Positions 35,562 through 44,716 of a stretch of 64,000 nucleotides of DNA are shown here, piece after piece. Position 1 is the stretch's first letter, and each line of letters begins with the position of its first letter. The notes under the pieces were generated by a model. It did not search any database. It had not been told where the DNA came from and saw only the letters and a program-made list of their open reading frames with translations. This stretch comes from Patescibacteria group bacterium (GTDB lineage: Bacteria > Patescibacteriota > Minisyncoccia > Phycocordibacterales > SBAW01): assembly GCA_019752125.1 (NCBI GenBank), contig JAIEMM010000006.1, positions 6,120-70,119 of the forward strand, written 5' to 3'. The position numbers and the translations under genes were made by a program.

Positions 35562-35936
35562 ATGTCAACAATCGTTGTTTCGTTCCGGCCTTTGAGCCGG
35601 AATCGCTACCAGCCGCAAGTGTGGCGCGGTGAGTACAGGTTGAGTCCTAAAAACGGGAAGCCAACGAGGGTCAAGGTATTGAAATGTTACCCGGCAATCC
35701 CGCAACCACAGCTCAACGCGTTCCGTAACCGCTTCGCGCCGAAGCGGCCCAAGAAGGAGCCTGTCACGTACCCGGCGCAGCGCCCGGCATGGCAGCCAAG
35801 CAGGCATTTCCTTTCCGACGGCTATTATAAAATAACGTGTGGCTGTGGTGTGGGTGTTCCTGTTCCGCGTGATGCTGAGAAGGTCACGTGTGCAAGCTGC
35901 GGTGCTCGCACGCCAATCAAACGCGATTATCGCTAA
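35562..35936 (+). CDS. hypothetical basic protein with C-terminal CxC…CxxC zinc-ribbon (GC-rich)
   Basis: ORF 35430..35936 trimmed to Met-45 (MSTIVVSF…), because the upstream part overlaps the inverted repeat. C-terminus …ITCGCGVGVPVPRDAEKVTCASCGARTP. Followed by a hairpin terminator at 35952-35978. Confidence 0.4.
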   Translation: MSTIVVSFRPLSRNRYQPQVWRGEYRLSPKNGKPTRVKVLKCYPAIPQPQLNAFRNRFAPKRPKKEPVTYPAQRPAWQPSRHFLSDGYYKITCGCGVGVPVPRDAEKVTCASCGARTPIKRDYR

Positions 35937-35951
35937 CGCCGCGCGCTCTTC

Positions 35952-35978
35952 AACCTCACCTCTTGGTGAGGTTTTTCT
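35952..35978 (+). terminator. rho-independent terminator (aacctcac…gtgaggtt + TTTTC)
   Basis: 8-bp perfect stem, 6-nt loop and a T-run after the stop at 35936. Confidence 0.55.
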
Positions 35979-36042
35979 TTCTTCGCTCTACGTAGCTTTA
36001 CTGTGTCCTCCATAGCTTTAGCGAAGGAGGAGCGAAGTGGGG

Positions 36043-37728
36043 TTATATACCCGTATTCAGATCAACCACACGCCCTAATTCTTCAAGAGAGGTGACGCCG
36101 CGGAGAACTTTAAGAATGCCGTCTTCTTGCATCGTAGGGACTCCTTGTGCGCGGGCAGCCATGGCAACTTCACGTTCAGATGGTTTGCTGCGCAAGATTT
36201 CTTCGACAGGCCCATCCATAAAGATTGCTTCAAAGACGCCAATACGGCCTTTGTAGCCGCGGTTGTGGCAGGCTTCGCACCCGTGTTCGTTTGCGACCGA
36301 CACTGTCGAGCGGTTCGGTGGCACAAGAGATTTATCAACGATGTTTGTAAGATACGAATCAATTATTTTTTGTTCCTCAGGAGTCGCTTGGCGCACTTGT
36401 TTACACTTCACACACAGTTTTCTAAGAAGACGCTGTGCCATCGCAACACTCACCGCGGAGCTCAAGACTTTTTCGCTAATACCTAGGTCGATAAGGCGGG
36501 GGAATGAGCCTGCCGCATCGTTTGTATGCAGTGTAGAAAATACCAAGTGGCCAGTAAGTGCGGCGTTGATTGCCACTTCTGCTACTTCGCCATCACGGAT
36601 TTCACCCACCATGATAATGTCGGGGTCTTGTCGGAGCGCACTGCGTAGGCCTGCGGCAAAACTGTAATTTTTCTTATCAACCTGGGTTTGGACAATACCG
36701 TTCAAGTGATATTCCACAGGATCTTCAATCGTAATGATCTTGGTTTGAGGTGAATTTACTTTACGCATAAAAGCGTAGAGCGTAGTAGTTTTACCAGAAC
36801 CGGTAGGGCCGGTGGTCAAAATCATACCGTTTGGTTTTGCAACTTCACGCTCAATGCGCGCAAGCAGCTTTGGTTCAATACCGAGCTCTTCAAGCGGTAC
36901 TGAAATTGCTGATGGATTCAAAATACGCATCACCATCGTTTCTGAATAGTTGCCTGGCAATACCGATGAGCGTATTTCGATTTCTTCGCCTTTGATTTTG
37001 ATGCTGAAGCGCCCATCTTGTGCGTCTGCGACGATGTTGAGCTTGAGCCCAGAGAGAAGTTTTAGGCGCGAAAGTAACAGACGATAGGTTTCTTGATCGA
37101 GAGTGAGCACGTCGATGAGCACGCCGTCGAGGCGGTACCGTAGACGTACCTGTGTCTCCTCTGGTTCAAGGTGGATGTCAGACGCGCCTGTCGCCATGGC
37201 TCCCGCCAAGATAACTTCAAGAATACGAGTAATGCGGTAGGTATGTTTTGTTGATTTCACCGCTTCCTCAATAAGAGCGCCAATATCTGCCAAGCTAGTG
37301 ACTTTAGTAAGCAAAGACTCGAGTTCTTCGTTGGAGAGGTTGAACACACCTGCTTTTGATTCTGTTGCGTAGGAAAGTTCTGCGTAGCGGTCGTATGCAC
37401 GCTTCAAACTTTCTCCTGACGCCATAAAAAGGACGGGGCTGTACCCAGCTTCAGTAAGGCGCTGTATCTCTGTTTTTACTTTCGGGTTTTCAGGGGAGCG
37501 AACTGCAACGCTGATGCGTTTGCCAACTTGGCCAAACACGGCCATTTCCGCTTCACGTGCCGTAGATTCAGGAATGATACGTAGCGCATCGGCGCTTACT
37601 GCCACCAAAGACAAGTCTATGTACTCCACGCCGTATTTTTGCGAGAGCATCTGCGCGAGTTCTTCCTCCTCACGTTTTCTGAGGAAATCTAAACGCTTGT
37701 TTTGTTCGCCATCTGCAAAGACAACCAT
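36043..37728 (-). CDS. pilB: type IV pilus assembly / type II secretion ATPase (PilB/GspE family)
   Basis: Walker A (TGPTGSGKTTTL), Asp box, Walker B (IIMVGEIRD), His box (LVFSTLHTNDAAG) and a C-terminal tetracysteine motif (CVKC…CEAC). Confidence 0.85.
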   Translation of the reverse strand: MVVFADGEQNKRLDFLRKREEEELAQMLSQKYGVEYIDLSLVAVSADALRIIPESTAREAEMAVFGQVGKRISVAVRSPENPKVKTEIQRLTEAGYSPVLFMASGESLKRAYDRYAELSYATESKAGVFNLSNEELESLLTKVTSLADIGALIEEAVKSTKHTYRITRILEVILAGAMATGASDIHLEPEETQVRLRYRLDGVLIDVLTLDQETYRLLLSRLKLLSGLKLNIVADAQDGRFSIKIKGEEIEIRSSVLPGNYSETMVMRILNPSAISVPLEELGIEPKLLARIEREVAKPNGMILTTGPTGSGKTTTLYAFMRKVNSPQTKIITIEDPVEYHLNGIVQTQVDKKNYSFAAGLRSALRQDPDIIMVGEIRDGEVAEVAINAALTGHLVFSTLHTNDAAGSFPRLIDLGISEKVLSSAVSVAMAQRLLRKLCVKCKQVRQATPEEQKIIDSYLTNIVDKSLVPPNRSTVSVANEHGCEACHNRGYKGRIGVFEAIFMDGPVEEILRSKPSEREVAMAARAQGVPTMQEDGILKVLRGVTSLEELGRVVDLNTGI

Positions 37729-37831
37729 ATCTATATTCTACAACGAAGTTCTTACCGAGGACTGTCCTCGGCGTCAGAAATCTTATTTCAGTTTTAAATA
37801 AATTTTATCAATTCTGCTACACTACCCAAAT

Positions 37832-38275
37832 ATGAAGGTGAAAAGGGAGGGGTTATCAAAAATTGCTCAAGAAGTATTAAAAGAAGCTTCCATGGCGAGG
37901 TCCGACCTTGCCAGCCGCGCTGTTATTGTTGCCTTGAGGGGGGACTTAGGTGCAGGAAAGACAACCTTTACTCAGGCTCTTGCGAGGGAGTTGGGCATTG
38001 AAGATGCAGTGCAAAGTCCTACCTATGTTTTGATGAAATCGTACCCGATTAATTTTGAGGGTTTCAAAAAACTCATCCACATAGACGCATACCGTCTCGA
38101 CAAACCAGAAGAATTTTCTGCACTTGCGCCAGACACCTTTTTACATGATTCAGAAAATCTCGTAGTAATAGAGTGGCCAGAGAGGGTAGAGAGCGTTCTT
38201 CCAACCCCAGACCTCCTTTTAAATTTCAAACATACAGATTCAGAAGAGGAGCGACATATAGAGATAGAAAAATAA
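37832..38275 (+). CDS. tsaE: tRNA threonylcarbamoyladenosine biosynthesis protein TsaE
   Basis: P-loop (RGDLGAGKTTFTQALAREL) and the conserved (…PTYVLMKSY…IHIDAYRL…) blocks. 147 aa. Confidence 0.8.
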   Translation: MKVKREGLSKIAQEVLKEASMARSDLASRAVIVALRGDLGAGKTTFTQALARELGIEDAVQSPTYVLMKSYPINFEGFKKLIHIDAYRLDKPEEFSALAPDTFLHDSENLVVIEWPERVESVLPTPDLLLNFKHTDSEEERHIEIEK

Positions 38276-38317
38276 GCGATTTTTGCCTAAAAACACGCAT
38301 AAAGCGCAAGTGTTACA

Positions 38318-40693
38318 ATGGCAGAAATGAAGGAGAGGAAGAAATTGGTCTTATTGGACACTCACGCGATTTTGCACCGTGCGTATCATGCGCTGCCAGA
38401 CTTTGCCTCTAAAAAGGGGGAGCCAACAGGGGCACTCTACGGCGTGGTTTCTATGCTTCTGAAAATCATCTCAGATTTTAAGCCAGACTATATTATTGCG
38501 GCGGGGGATTTGCCTGGGCAAACACTGCGGCACGCAGCCTTTGAAAACTACAAAGCACAGCGTAAAGAAACAGATGAGGCGCTTGTGTCGCAGATTGTTC
38601 GTTCGCGCGACCTTTTAGCTGCCTTCGGCATACCACTTTATGAAATGGAAGGATACGAGGCCGACGATGTTATTGGTACTGTAGCAAAAAAACTAAAGGA
38701 AGAAGTTGATGTGGTTATCGCGTCGGGCGACATGGACATGCTCCAGCTGGTTGATGACGACCGCGTCACTGTCTTTACGTTTAAGAAGGGTATAAACGAC
38801 ACAATCGTATACAACGAAGCAGCAGTACAAGAGCGCTTCGGCTTCGGCCCAACACGTATTCCAGACTACAAAGGTCTGCGCGGCGACCCATCAGACAACA
38901 TTCCAGGCGTAAAAGGTATTGGTGAAAAAACCGCGAGCGTACTTATACAACAGTTTGGCAGCGTCGAAGATATATATAAAACCCTTAAGAAAGATCCAGA
39001 AAAACTTGCTGAGGCAGGTGTTAAAGAGGGGATGATAAAGAAATTGGAGAGCCAGGAGGAAGAGGCGCTGTTTTCTAAAGAGCTGGCAACCATACACACA
39101 GCGGTACCAATCCGATTTACGCTTCCTAAAGAAGAATTCCGCAGCAATCTCTCAGAGAAAAAGATTATCGCAATGCTTGAAGAGTTTGATTTTCGCTCGC
39201 TTGTGCCACGTGCGCGAAAACTGCTCGACTCTTCTGTTCGAAATGAAGAGCTTTTTGGAGAAGAGGCGCCTAGAGAAGAAATTGATGCAACAGAATTTCA
39301 CAAGACAGCGCTCGCTGTTTCTGTCCTTGATGCAACTAACAGCGAACCGACGCTCGAGGACATATATCGAATGGGGGAGAGCGAAAATTTTGAAACTGCT
39401 TCGAAGAATATTTTTGAACAGATCAAAAAAGAGAAGTTGGATTTTGTATACGACAAGATAGAAGCGCCACTTTCTCCTGTGCTGCGACGCATGGAAGCTC
39501 GTGGTGTGCTTGTAGATAAAGAATTTTTAGCGAAGCTTTCTAAGGAGTATCACAAAGAGTTGGAAAAACTCGCAGCTCGTATTTATGAGGCGGCAGGCGG
39601 CGAGTTTAATATCAATTCTCCAAAACAACTTGGCGACATTCTTTTCGACAAACTTGGGCTTGCAGTTAAGAACCAGAAAAAGACGGCAGGTGGACAGCGT
39701 TCAACGCGCGAGTCTGAGCTTGAGAAGATGCGAGAGTTGCACCCAATAGTGGATGATATTTTGAAACACCGTGAACTGCAGAAACTTCTCTCCACCTACA
39801 TCGACAGTATTCCAACATTGCTGGATAACGAAAATCGTCTGCACACATCCTATATACAAATAGGTGCAGGTACTGGGCGCATGGCATCGAAGAATCCGAA
39901 CCTGCAGAACATCCCTATTAAGAGCGATCTTGGCCGCGCTATCCGCCACGCCTTTGTCGCAAGCCCTGGTATGGAGCTTGTCACTTTCGACTATTCGCAG
40001 ATAGAGCTTCGTGTCGCAGCATTTCTTTCTAAAGATCCAACACTTACAGAAATTTTTAAGAATGGGGGAGATGTCCATACAGAAGTTGCGACACGAGTCT
40101 TCCACGTTAAACCTGAAGATGTTACGTACGAAATGCGCCGCCGTGCAAAGGTTATTAACTTCGGCATCATTTACGGCATGGGTGTGAACGCGCTTCGCGA
40201 AGCGCTTGGTACAACGCGCGCAGAGGCGCAGGAATTTTATGACCAATACTTTGCTGCGTTCCCACGACTCGCAAAATATTTGGAAGAAATAAAAGCAGAT
40301 GCAACGCGAACAGGGTATACAGAAACGCACTTTGGGCGCATACGATATTTTGAAGGCCTGAAGTCGCCGATCCCATATATCCGCGCAGCGTCTGAACGTG
40401 CCGCGGTGAATGCGCCGTTCCAAGGCACTGCAGCTGATTTGCTCAAACTCGCGATGGTAGGAATCGGCGCATGGGTAGAAAAAGAAAAATTGGAGGACGA
40501 TGTATACATGCTTCTCCAAGTACACGACGAACTAGTGTTTGAAATTAAGAAAGACGAAGTTGAAGCCGCTGCAAAGCAAATCAAGAAACTGATGGAAGGT
40601 GTGCTTTCAGAAAAAGAGACGGGAGGTATTCCGTTTCTTGCTGAAGGGAAGATTGGAAAAGACTGGGGCGATATGAAACCGTTGAAAGTATGA
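38318..40693 (+). CDS. polA: DNA polymerase I (5'-3' exonuclease + polymerase domains; 3'-5' exonuclease domain vestigial/absent)
   Basis: N-terminal FEN-like domain (LLDTHAILHRAYHA…EADDVIGT). Polymerase motifs A (…LVTFDYSQIELRV), B (RRAKVINFGIIYGMG) and C (QVHDELVFE). At 791 aa there is only a ~70-aa linker where the 3'-5' exonuclease domain would be. Confidence 0.9.
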   Translation: MAEMKERKKLVLLDTHAILHRAYHALPDFASKKGEPTGALYGVVSMLLKIISDFKPDYIIAAGDLPGQTLRHAAFENYKAQRKETDEALVSQIVRSRDLLAAFGIPLYEMEGYEADDVIGTVAKKLKEEVDVVIASGDMDMLQLVDDDRVTVFTFKKGINDTIVYNEAAVQERFGFGPTRIPDYKGLRGDPSDNIPGVKGIGEKTASVLIQQFGSVEDIYKTLKKDPEKLAEAGVKEGMIKKLESQEEEALFSKELATIHTAVPIRFTLPKEEFRSNLSEKKIIAMLEEFDFRSLVPRARKLLDSSVRNEELFGEEAPREEIDATEFHKTALAVSVLDATNSEPTLEDIYRMGESENFETASKNIFEQIKKEKLDFVYDKIEAPLSPVLRRMEARGVLVDKEFLAKLSKEYHKELEKLAARIYEAAGGEFNINSPKQLGDILFDKLGLAVKNQKKTAGGQRSTRESELEKMRELHPIVDDILKHRELQKLLSTYIDSIPTLLDNENRLHTSYIQIGAGTGRMASKNPNLQNIPIKSDLGRAIRHAFVASPGMELVTFDYSQIELRVAAFLSKDPTLTEIFKNGGDVHTEVATRVFHVKPEDVTYEMRRRAKVINFGIIYGMGVNALREALGTTRAEAQEFYDQYFAAFPRLAKYLEEIKADATRTGYTETHFGRIRYFEGLKSPIPYIRAASERAAVNAPFQGTAADLLKLAMVGIGAWVEKEKLEDDVYMLLQVHDELVFEIKKDEVEAAAKQIKKLMEGVLSEKETGGIPFLAEGKIGKDWGDMKPLKV

Positions 40694-41388
40694 TTTTGGT
40701 TATTGTTGGAAATACTCCGGAACAGAAACCAAGTTTATCCGGAATGCACGCAGGCGCGACGGCGCCGAAGGTAGGAGAATTTTTAGCAGAAAATTCTCCG
40801 CGTTCCGGGAAGCTTGGTTTTGTGCAGGTTGAGGATCTTAAATGGGAAGATATTTCTATTGAAGAGATCGCGAACATTGCTTCAACCCCTGCTTTGTTTG
40901 GCGGTTCACAAACCTACAGACTCACTGGCGCACTTGCGGGCGAGAGGGGAGACGAGTTTTTAGATTTGGTAGATGGTCTAGTTGAGTCTCCACACACATT
41001 TATTTTCGAAGAAGAAAAACTTCTCAAGAGGCCAACTGACATTTTAAAAAAGGCTGGAGCTACGCTTGAAATACACGAGCATCCGCCAGCTGGCGGAAAG
41101 AAAGAGGAGAGCTTTAATATGTTCGCGCTCGCAACTGTGTTTGGCACACGCGACCGCAAAAAGTTGTGGCTAATGCTCGCCAAGGCGTCTCGCGCAGGCG
41201 CTGCGCCTGAGGCAGTGGCCGGTATGATGCACTGGAAAGTGCGCGACATGTTGGCAAAAGGCAGCTCTGCATACACAAAAGAAGAATTGAGGAAGATCTC
41301 CCGAACCCTCGTGGCTCTGTATCATGACTCTCATCGCGGAGCAGGGGATCTTGAGCTTTTGCTTGAACGTTTCGCCCTCAGGCTATAA
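40690..41388 (+). CDS. hypothetical protein (possibly divergent DNA polymerase III delta-like)
   Basis: 232-aa ORF overlapping the polA stop by 4 nt. Alpha-helical C-terminus (…ELRKISRTLVALYHDSHRGAGDLELLLERFAL). Assignment is tentative. Confidence 0.35.
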   Translation: MILVIVGNTPEQKPSLSGMHAGATAPKVGEFLAENSPRSGKLGFVQVEDLKWEDISIEEIANIASTPALFGGSQTYRLTGALAGERGDEFLDLVDGLVESPHTFIFEEEKLLKRPTDILKKAGATLEIHEHPPAGGKKEESFNMFALATVFGTRDRKKLWLMLAKASRAGAAPEAVAGMMHWKVRDMLAKGSSAYTKEELRKISRTLVALYHDSHRGAGDLELLLERFALRL

Positions 41389-41436
41389 TTTTCCTGTACG
41401 CTGTGATAAAGTGCTCAAATCGCGCTTGTGCGTAAT

Positions 41437-41512
41437 GCGCCCATAGCTCAGTCGGTAGAGCGGCTCCCTTTTAAGGAGATGGTCCCAGGTTCGAATCCTG
41501 GTGGGCGCACCA
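41437..41512 (+). tRNA. tRNA-Lys (anticodon TTT), CCA encoded
   Basis: Hand-folded cloverleaf: acceptor gcgccca/tgggcgc, D-loop agtcggta, anticodon loop cTTTTaa, T-arm ccagg-ttcgaat-cctgg, 3' ACCA. Confidence 0.85.
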
Positions 41513-41668
41513 AGACATGTTTTGTTACCTTTTCTGAACTCCGAAGTTCTAATGAGTGTCAGAAATAACTAAACAAAAAGTATGAAAAATAAGGTGCTGG
41601 GACTAGCCGGGGAGGCCGCTCCGATGGAGTAAGGCCTCCCCGGCGTTTACCTGCCGGCGGGCAGGTAT

Positions 41669-42139
41669 TTACTTAAGAAGGGTATACATCGCCACCCCGG
41701 CCGCTACAGACACGTTCAGCGACTCTTTCTTGCCCCGCATAGGTATATCAACAATCACATCGCACTGTTTGAGCGTCGCTTTTGATACCCCTTCAACTTC
41801 ATTCCCCAGTACAAGCGCGAGCTTCTCATCTTTCTTTGGCTTGTATTTAAATAGAGATATAGATTTTTTATCCAGCTCTACCGCAACGATAGTAAAGCCT
41901 TCTTTTTTAAGCTGCCGTATTGCTGTGCCGATAGTTTTTGTCTGCGACCACGCAACCATCTTTCCCGCTCCAAGCGCGACTTTTTCAAAATCTTTACGCG
42001 GCTGTCCTGCCGTATCAACAGGGGTAGGGGAATATCCCGACAAAATTATCTTAGAAACGCCAGCGCCGTCCGCCGTGCGGAATATAGAGCCAACGTTATG
42101 AACACTACGGATGTTATGAAGTATGACTGCTGATTCCAT
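41669..42139 (-). CDS. SpoU-family RNA 2'-O-methyltransferase (TrmL/TrmH-like)
   Basis: SPOUT motifs (…LVLGNEVEGVS…IPMRGKKESLNVSVAAGVAMY). Confidence 0.8.
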   Translation of the reverse strand: MESAVILHNIRSVHNVGSIFRTADGAGVSKIILSGYSPTPVDTAGQPRKDFEKVALGAGKMVAWSQTKTIGTAIRQLKKEGFTIVAVELDKKSISLFKYKPKKDEKLALVLGNEVEGVSKATLKQCDVIVDIPMRGKKESLNVSVAAGVAMYTLLK

Positions 42140-42156
42140 TTTGCCACTCTAACAAA

Positions 42157-42555
42157 CTAGAGCGGTAAATCCATCGCCAAGGCACCTGCGCCGCTTGCAA
42201 GAAGCGAGAGTGCGATAGCGAGCACAAGCAGCGCTGCTGTGCGGGAGAGTACGAAGTATGAAGGATATTTGCCCGTCCAGAAAGCGTGCTTAATTCCAAC
42301 AAGAGCTGTAAGTATTGCGGCAATTTGCGTGTGGTACCCAAAGAGAAGGGCTAAACCTACCGCGACTTCTAGAATGACAGAAAACCACGCTACCCATGCG
42401 CGTGCGCCGATAACAGGAAACTTCTCCTGGTTTATCGCATCTTTGTTTTTAAAATGACAATATGCGAGGTACAACATCACAAGCGCGACAGCACATCGTA
42501 ATAGTGCAGGCGCGTAAAAACCATACGACAAAAATTGTGGGAATGTATTAAGCAT
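42157..42555 (-). CDS. DoxX-family membrane protein
   Basis: 132 aa with four hydrophobic helices and the DoxX-like pattern (…LLRCAVALVMLYLAYCHF…LEVAVGLALLFG…). Confidence 0.65.
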   Translation of the reverse strand: MLNTFPQFLSYGFYAPALLRCAVALVMLYLAYCHFKNKDAINQEKFPVIGARAWVAWFSVILEVAVGLALLFGYHTQIAAILTALVGIKHAFWTGKYPSYFVLSRTAALLVLAIALSLLASGAGALAMDLPL

Positions 42556-42559
42556 GCAT

Positions 42560-43804
42560 TTATACTACCGCGTTTAAAAGTTTATCCAATTCTTCCTCCG
42601 CAACCTTTTTGTCGCTCCATACTTGTTTTGAACCGCGCGGCCCCATGATATAAGGGTCTGTGCCTTTGCCGGTGATAAGTACAACAGAGCCCTTGTGTGC
42701 AAGGCGCAGTGCCGCTGCAATGGCTTCTCGGCGGTCGAGGATAACCTGTGGTTTATGAACTACAAAACCAGAAGCAATCTCATTTACGATTTTATTTGGA
42801 TCTTCGTCGTACGGATCCTCATTGGTGAGTATGGCAGCAGAAGCACGTTCGTCAGCAATTTTACCCATCTGTGGACGTTTCCACTGGTCACGGCCGCCAC
42901 CTGTTGAGCCCATCACGCAGATAATGTCTTTTCCTCTATACGCCTCAAGCAACGCTTCAAGCGAGTCTGGAGTGTGGGCATAGTCCACAATGACGCGGAA
43001 GTCCTGTCCGCGCCCAACGCTTTCTGCGCGGCCGGCAACTGCAGGCACATGTTCAAGCGCTTTGCGCATCACCTCGTGTGGGACACCCATCGCATCACAC
43101 AAAGTTATTGCTGCCAGAATATTTTTTAAATTGAATAACCCTGGCATTGGTGCGGTAAAGAGAGTGCCGCCTTTGTATACAAAACGTACACTGGTGTCGT
43201 CGACGGTGTATGGTTGTGCATCTGCAAGAGAGAAGGGGAGATGTTTTTCTACATCAATGTTAAGAAAATCTTTACCGTATGTGTCATCAAAATTTGCGAC
43301 TATGTAGCGAGGTCTTTTTTTAGATTCCTCTAGGTGGTGCGCCAGTTTTAATTTTGCCGCTACGTACGCTTCCATGCTGCCGTGAGACTCAATATGTTCT
43401 GGCTGGAGGTTGGTAAAGATGAGCGCATCGAGTTCTATGCCTTTGTGACGAAATTGTCGTGCGCCTTCTGATGTCATTTCGATAACGGCGTGTGTGCACC
43501 CGGCGTCAACAGCCTTGCGCAAGAATTTTTGCAAATACGCGCGGCCAGGCATTGTCATCTTGAACAAGTTCGGCTCGCTCTCGTTTCCGATCTTAAATTG
43601 TACGGTTGATGCAAGTGCGACTTTGTAGCCCGCAGCTGTTAGCAGGCCACGCACAAGCTCTGATGTTGTTGATTTGCCCTTGGTGCCAGTTACCGCAATG
43701 ACAAAAAGCTTTTTAGAAGGGAAGCGGCAGACAAAGGCGCCTGCATAGGCAAAGGCGAGGTGGTACCAGCCGATCATTTTTTCTGGAATAAGGTCGCGGA
43801 GCAT
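42560..43804 (-). CDS. Mur ligase family protein (MurE-like, lacks canonical N-terminal domain)
   Basis: Central ATP-binding domain (VTGTKGKSTT) and Mur ligase middle/C-terminal blocks (…DYAHTPDSLEALL…). The enzyme subfamily is not certain from sequence alone. Confidence 0.7.
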   Translation of the reverse strand: MLRDLIPEKMIGWYHLAFAYAGAFVCRFPSKKLFVIAVTGTKGKSTTSELVRGLLTAAGYKVALASTVQFKIGNESEPNLFKMTMPGRAYLQKFLRKAVDAGCTHAVIEMTSEGARQFRHKGIELDALIFTNLQPEHIESHGSMEAYVAAKLKLAHHLEESKKRPRYIVANFDDTYGKDFLNIDVEKHLPFSLADAQPYTVDDTSVRFVYKGGTLFTAPMPGLFNLKNILAAITLCDAMGVPHEVMRKALEHVPAVAGRAESVGRGQDFRVIVDYAHTPDSLEALLEAYRGKDIICVMGSTGGGRDQWKRPQMGKIADERASAAILTNEDPYDEDPNKIVNEIASGFVVHKPQVILDRREAIAAALRLAHKGSVVLITGKGTDPYIMGPRGSKQVWSDKKVAEEELDKLLNAVV

Positions 43805-43806
43805 AT

Positions 43807-44394
43807 TTATGTGTGTTTTACAGCCCCTAGATATTTAAGTGCCGTGGCCAACCGTTCGTTAACAGATTCGCCCTGCGCTTCTTTGGCTGCGCCGCGCGCT
43901 TCGTCCGCACGGTAGCCAAGTGCCATCAGTGCTTCTACAACTTCGGCATCGTTCGACGATGCCGCTCCGAGCGTAGTCGAGGAGCTGATCATAACTATCT
44001 TGTCCCGAAGCTCGACAACCAAACGTTCTGCGCTTTTCTTGCCGATACCGAACACTTTTGTGAGCATCACTGAGTCGCTGGCAGCGATAGCGCGCTTAAG
44101 CGATGTTACATCTGCGACATTTAGAATGCCGAGTGCGGTTTTTGGGCCAATGCCAGAAACGCTCATGAGTTGTTTGAAGAAGGCGAGCTCTTCTTCTGTA
44201 GGGAAGCCGTAGAGGTCGAGTGCATCTTCTGCCACGCGTGTATATATAAATAGAGAGACCTCCGAGCCTGTGTTTTTAAGGAGATCGAGGGCAAGAAGGG
44301 GAGTTCGGACACAGTACCCGACGCCGCCGACTTCAATAAGCACCTCGCCTGGAGTGGCGGTGCTGCTGAGTCGCCCCGTCAATTTGCCAATCAT
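43807..44394 (-). CDS. ruvA: Holliday junction DNA helicase RuvA
   Basis: Only the C-terminal 195 aa of ORF 43807..45000, starting MIGKLTGRL…, is RuvA-like (OB fold, two HhH with GIGPKTA, C-terminal domain III). The upstream part is antisense to rpsT. Confidence 0.85.
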   Translation of the reverse strand: MIGKLTGRLSSTATPGEVLIEVGGVGYCVRTPLLALDLLKNTGSEVSLFIYTRVAEDALDLYGFPTEEELAFFKQLMSVSGIGPKTALGILNVADVTSLKRAIAASDSVMLTKVFGIGKKSAERLVVELRDKIVMISSSTTLGAASSNDAEVVEALMALGYRADEARGAAKEAQGESVNERLATALKYLGAVKHT

Positions 44395-44467
44395 ACAATA
44401 ATCATACTCCAAGTTGGAGATGTTCAGGAAGTTGCTTTTTAAGGAAATATTGCGTAGTATCTTGTGC

Positions 44468-44710
44468 ATGGCAATCACAAAAGGAGCAAAGAAGGCCCTC
44501 CGCCAGTCTGCACGTAAGCAGGCTATGAATCGTGTCCGCAAGGATGCGATGCGCGAGGCTACGAAGGCAGTACGCACTGCCCCTAAGGGGGACAAGGCAG
44601 CGCTCGCTGCAGCGTACAAGGCGATAGATAAAGCACTTAAGCGCGGCATCTTGAAGAAGAACACCGCAGCTCGCCGCAAGGCAAAAGTTGCTAAAGCTCT
44701 CGCAAAATAA
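44468..44710 (+). CDS. rpsT: 30S ribosomal protein S20
   Basis: Start chosen at the internal Met of ORF 44414..44710, giving MAITKGAKKALRQSARKQAMNRVRKDAMREA…, which fits the S20 pattern. Confidence 0.8.
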   Translation: MAITKGAKKALRQSARKQAMNRVRKDAMREATKAVRTAPKGDKAALAAAYKAIDKALKRGILKKNTAARRKAKVAKALAK

Positions 44711-44716
44711 AGAAAA

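Noticed and set aside
39701-40525. 274-aa minus-strand ORF
   Set aside because: It lies entirely antisense within the well-supported polA gene. It is Cys/Phe/Arg-rich with no motifs, a typical shadow ORF.
41580-41660. Possible SRP (4.5S) RNA or tmRNA
   Set aside because: A hairpin-rich GC segment begins with ggtgctg, but it lacks the conserved SRP domain IV motifs (GGAA tetraloop and flanking asymmetric loop) and any tRNA-like end. It is kept only as an unexplained hairpin pair.
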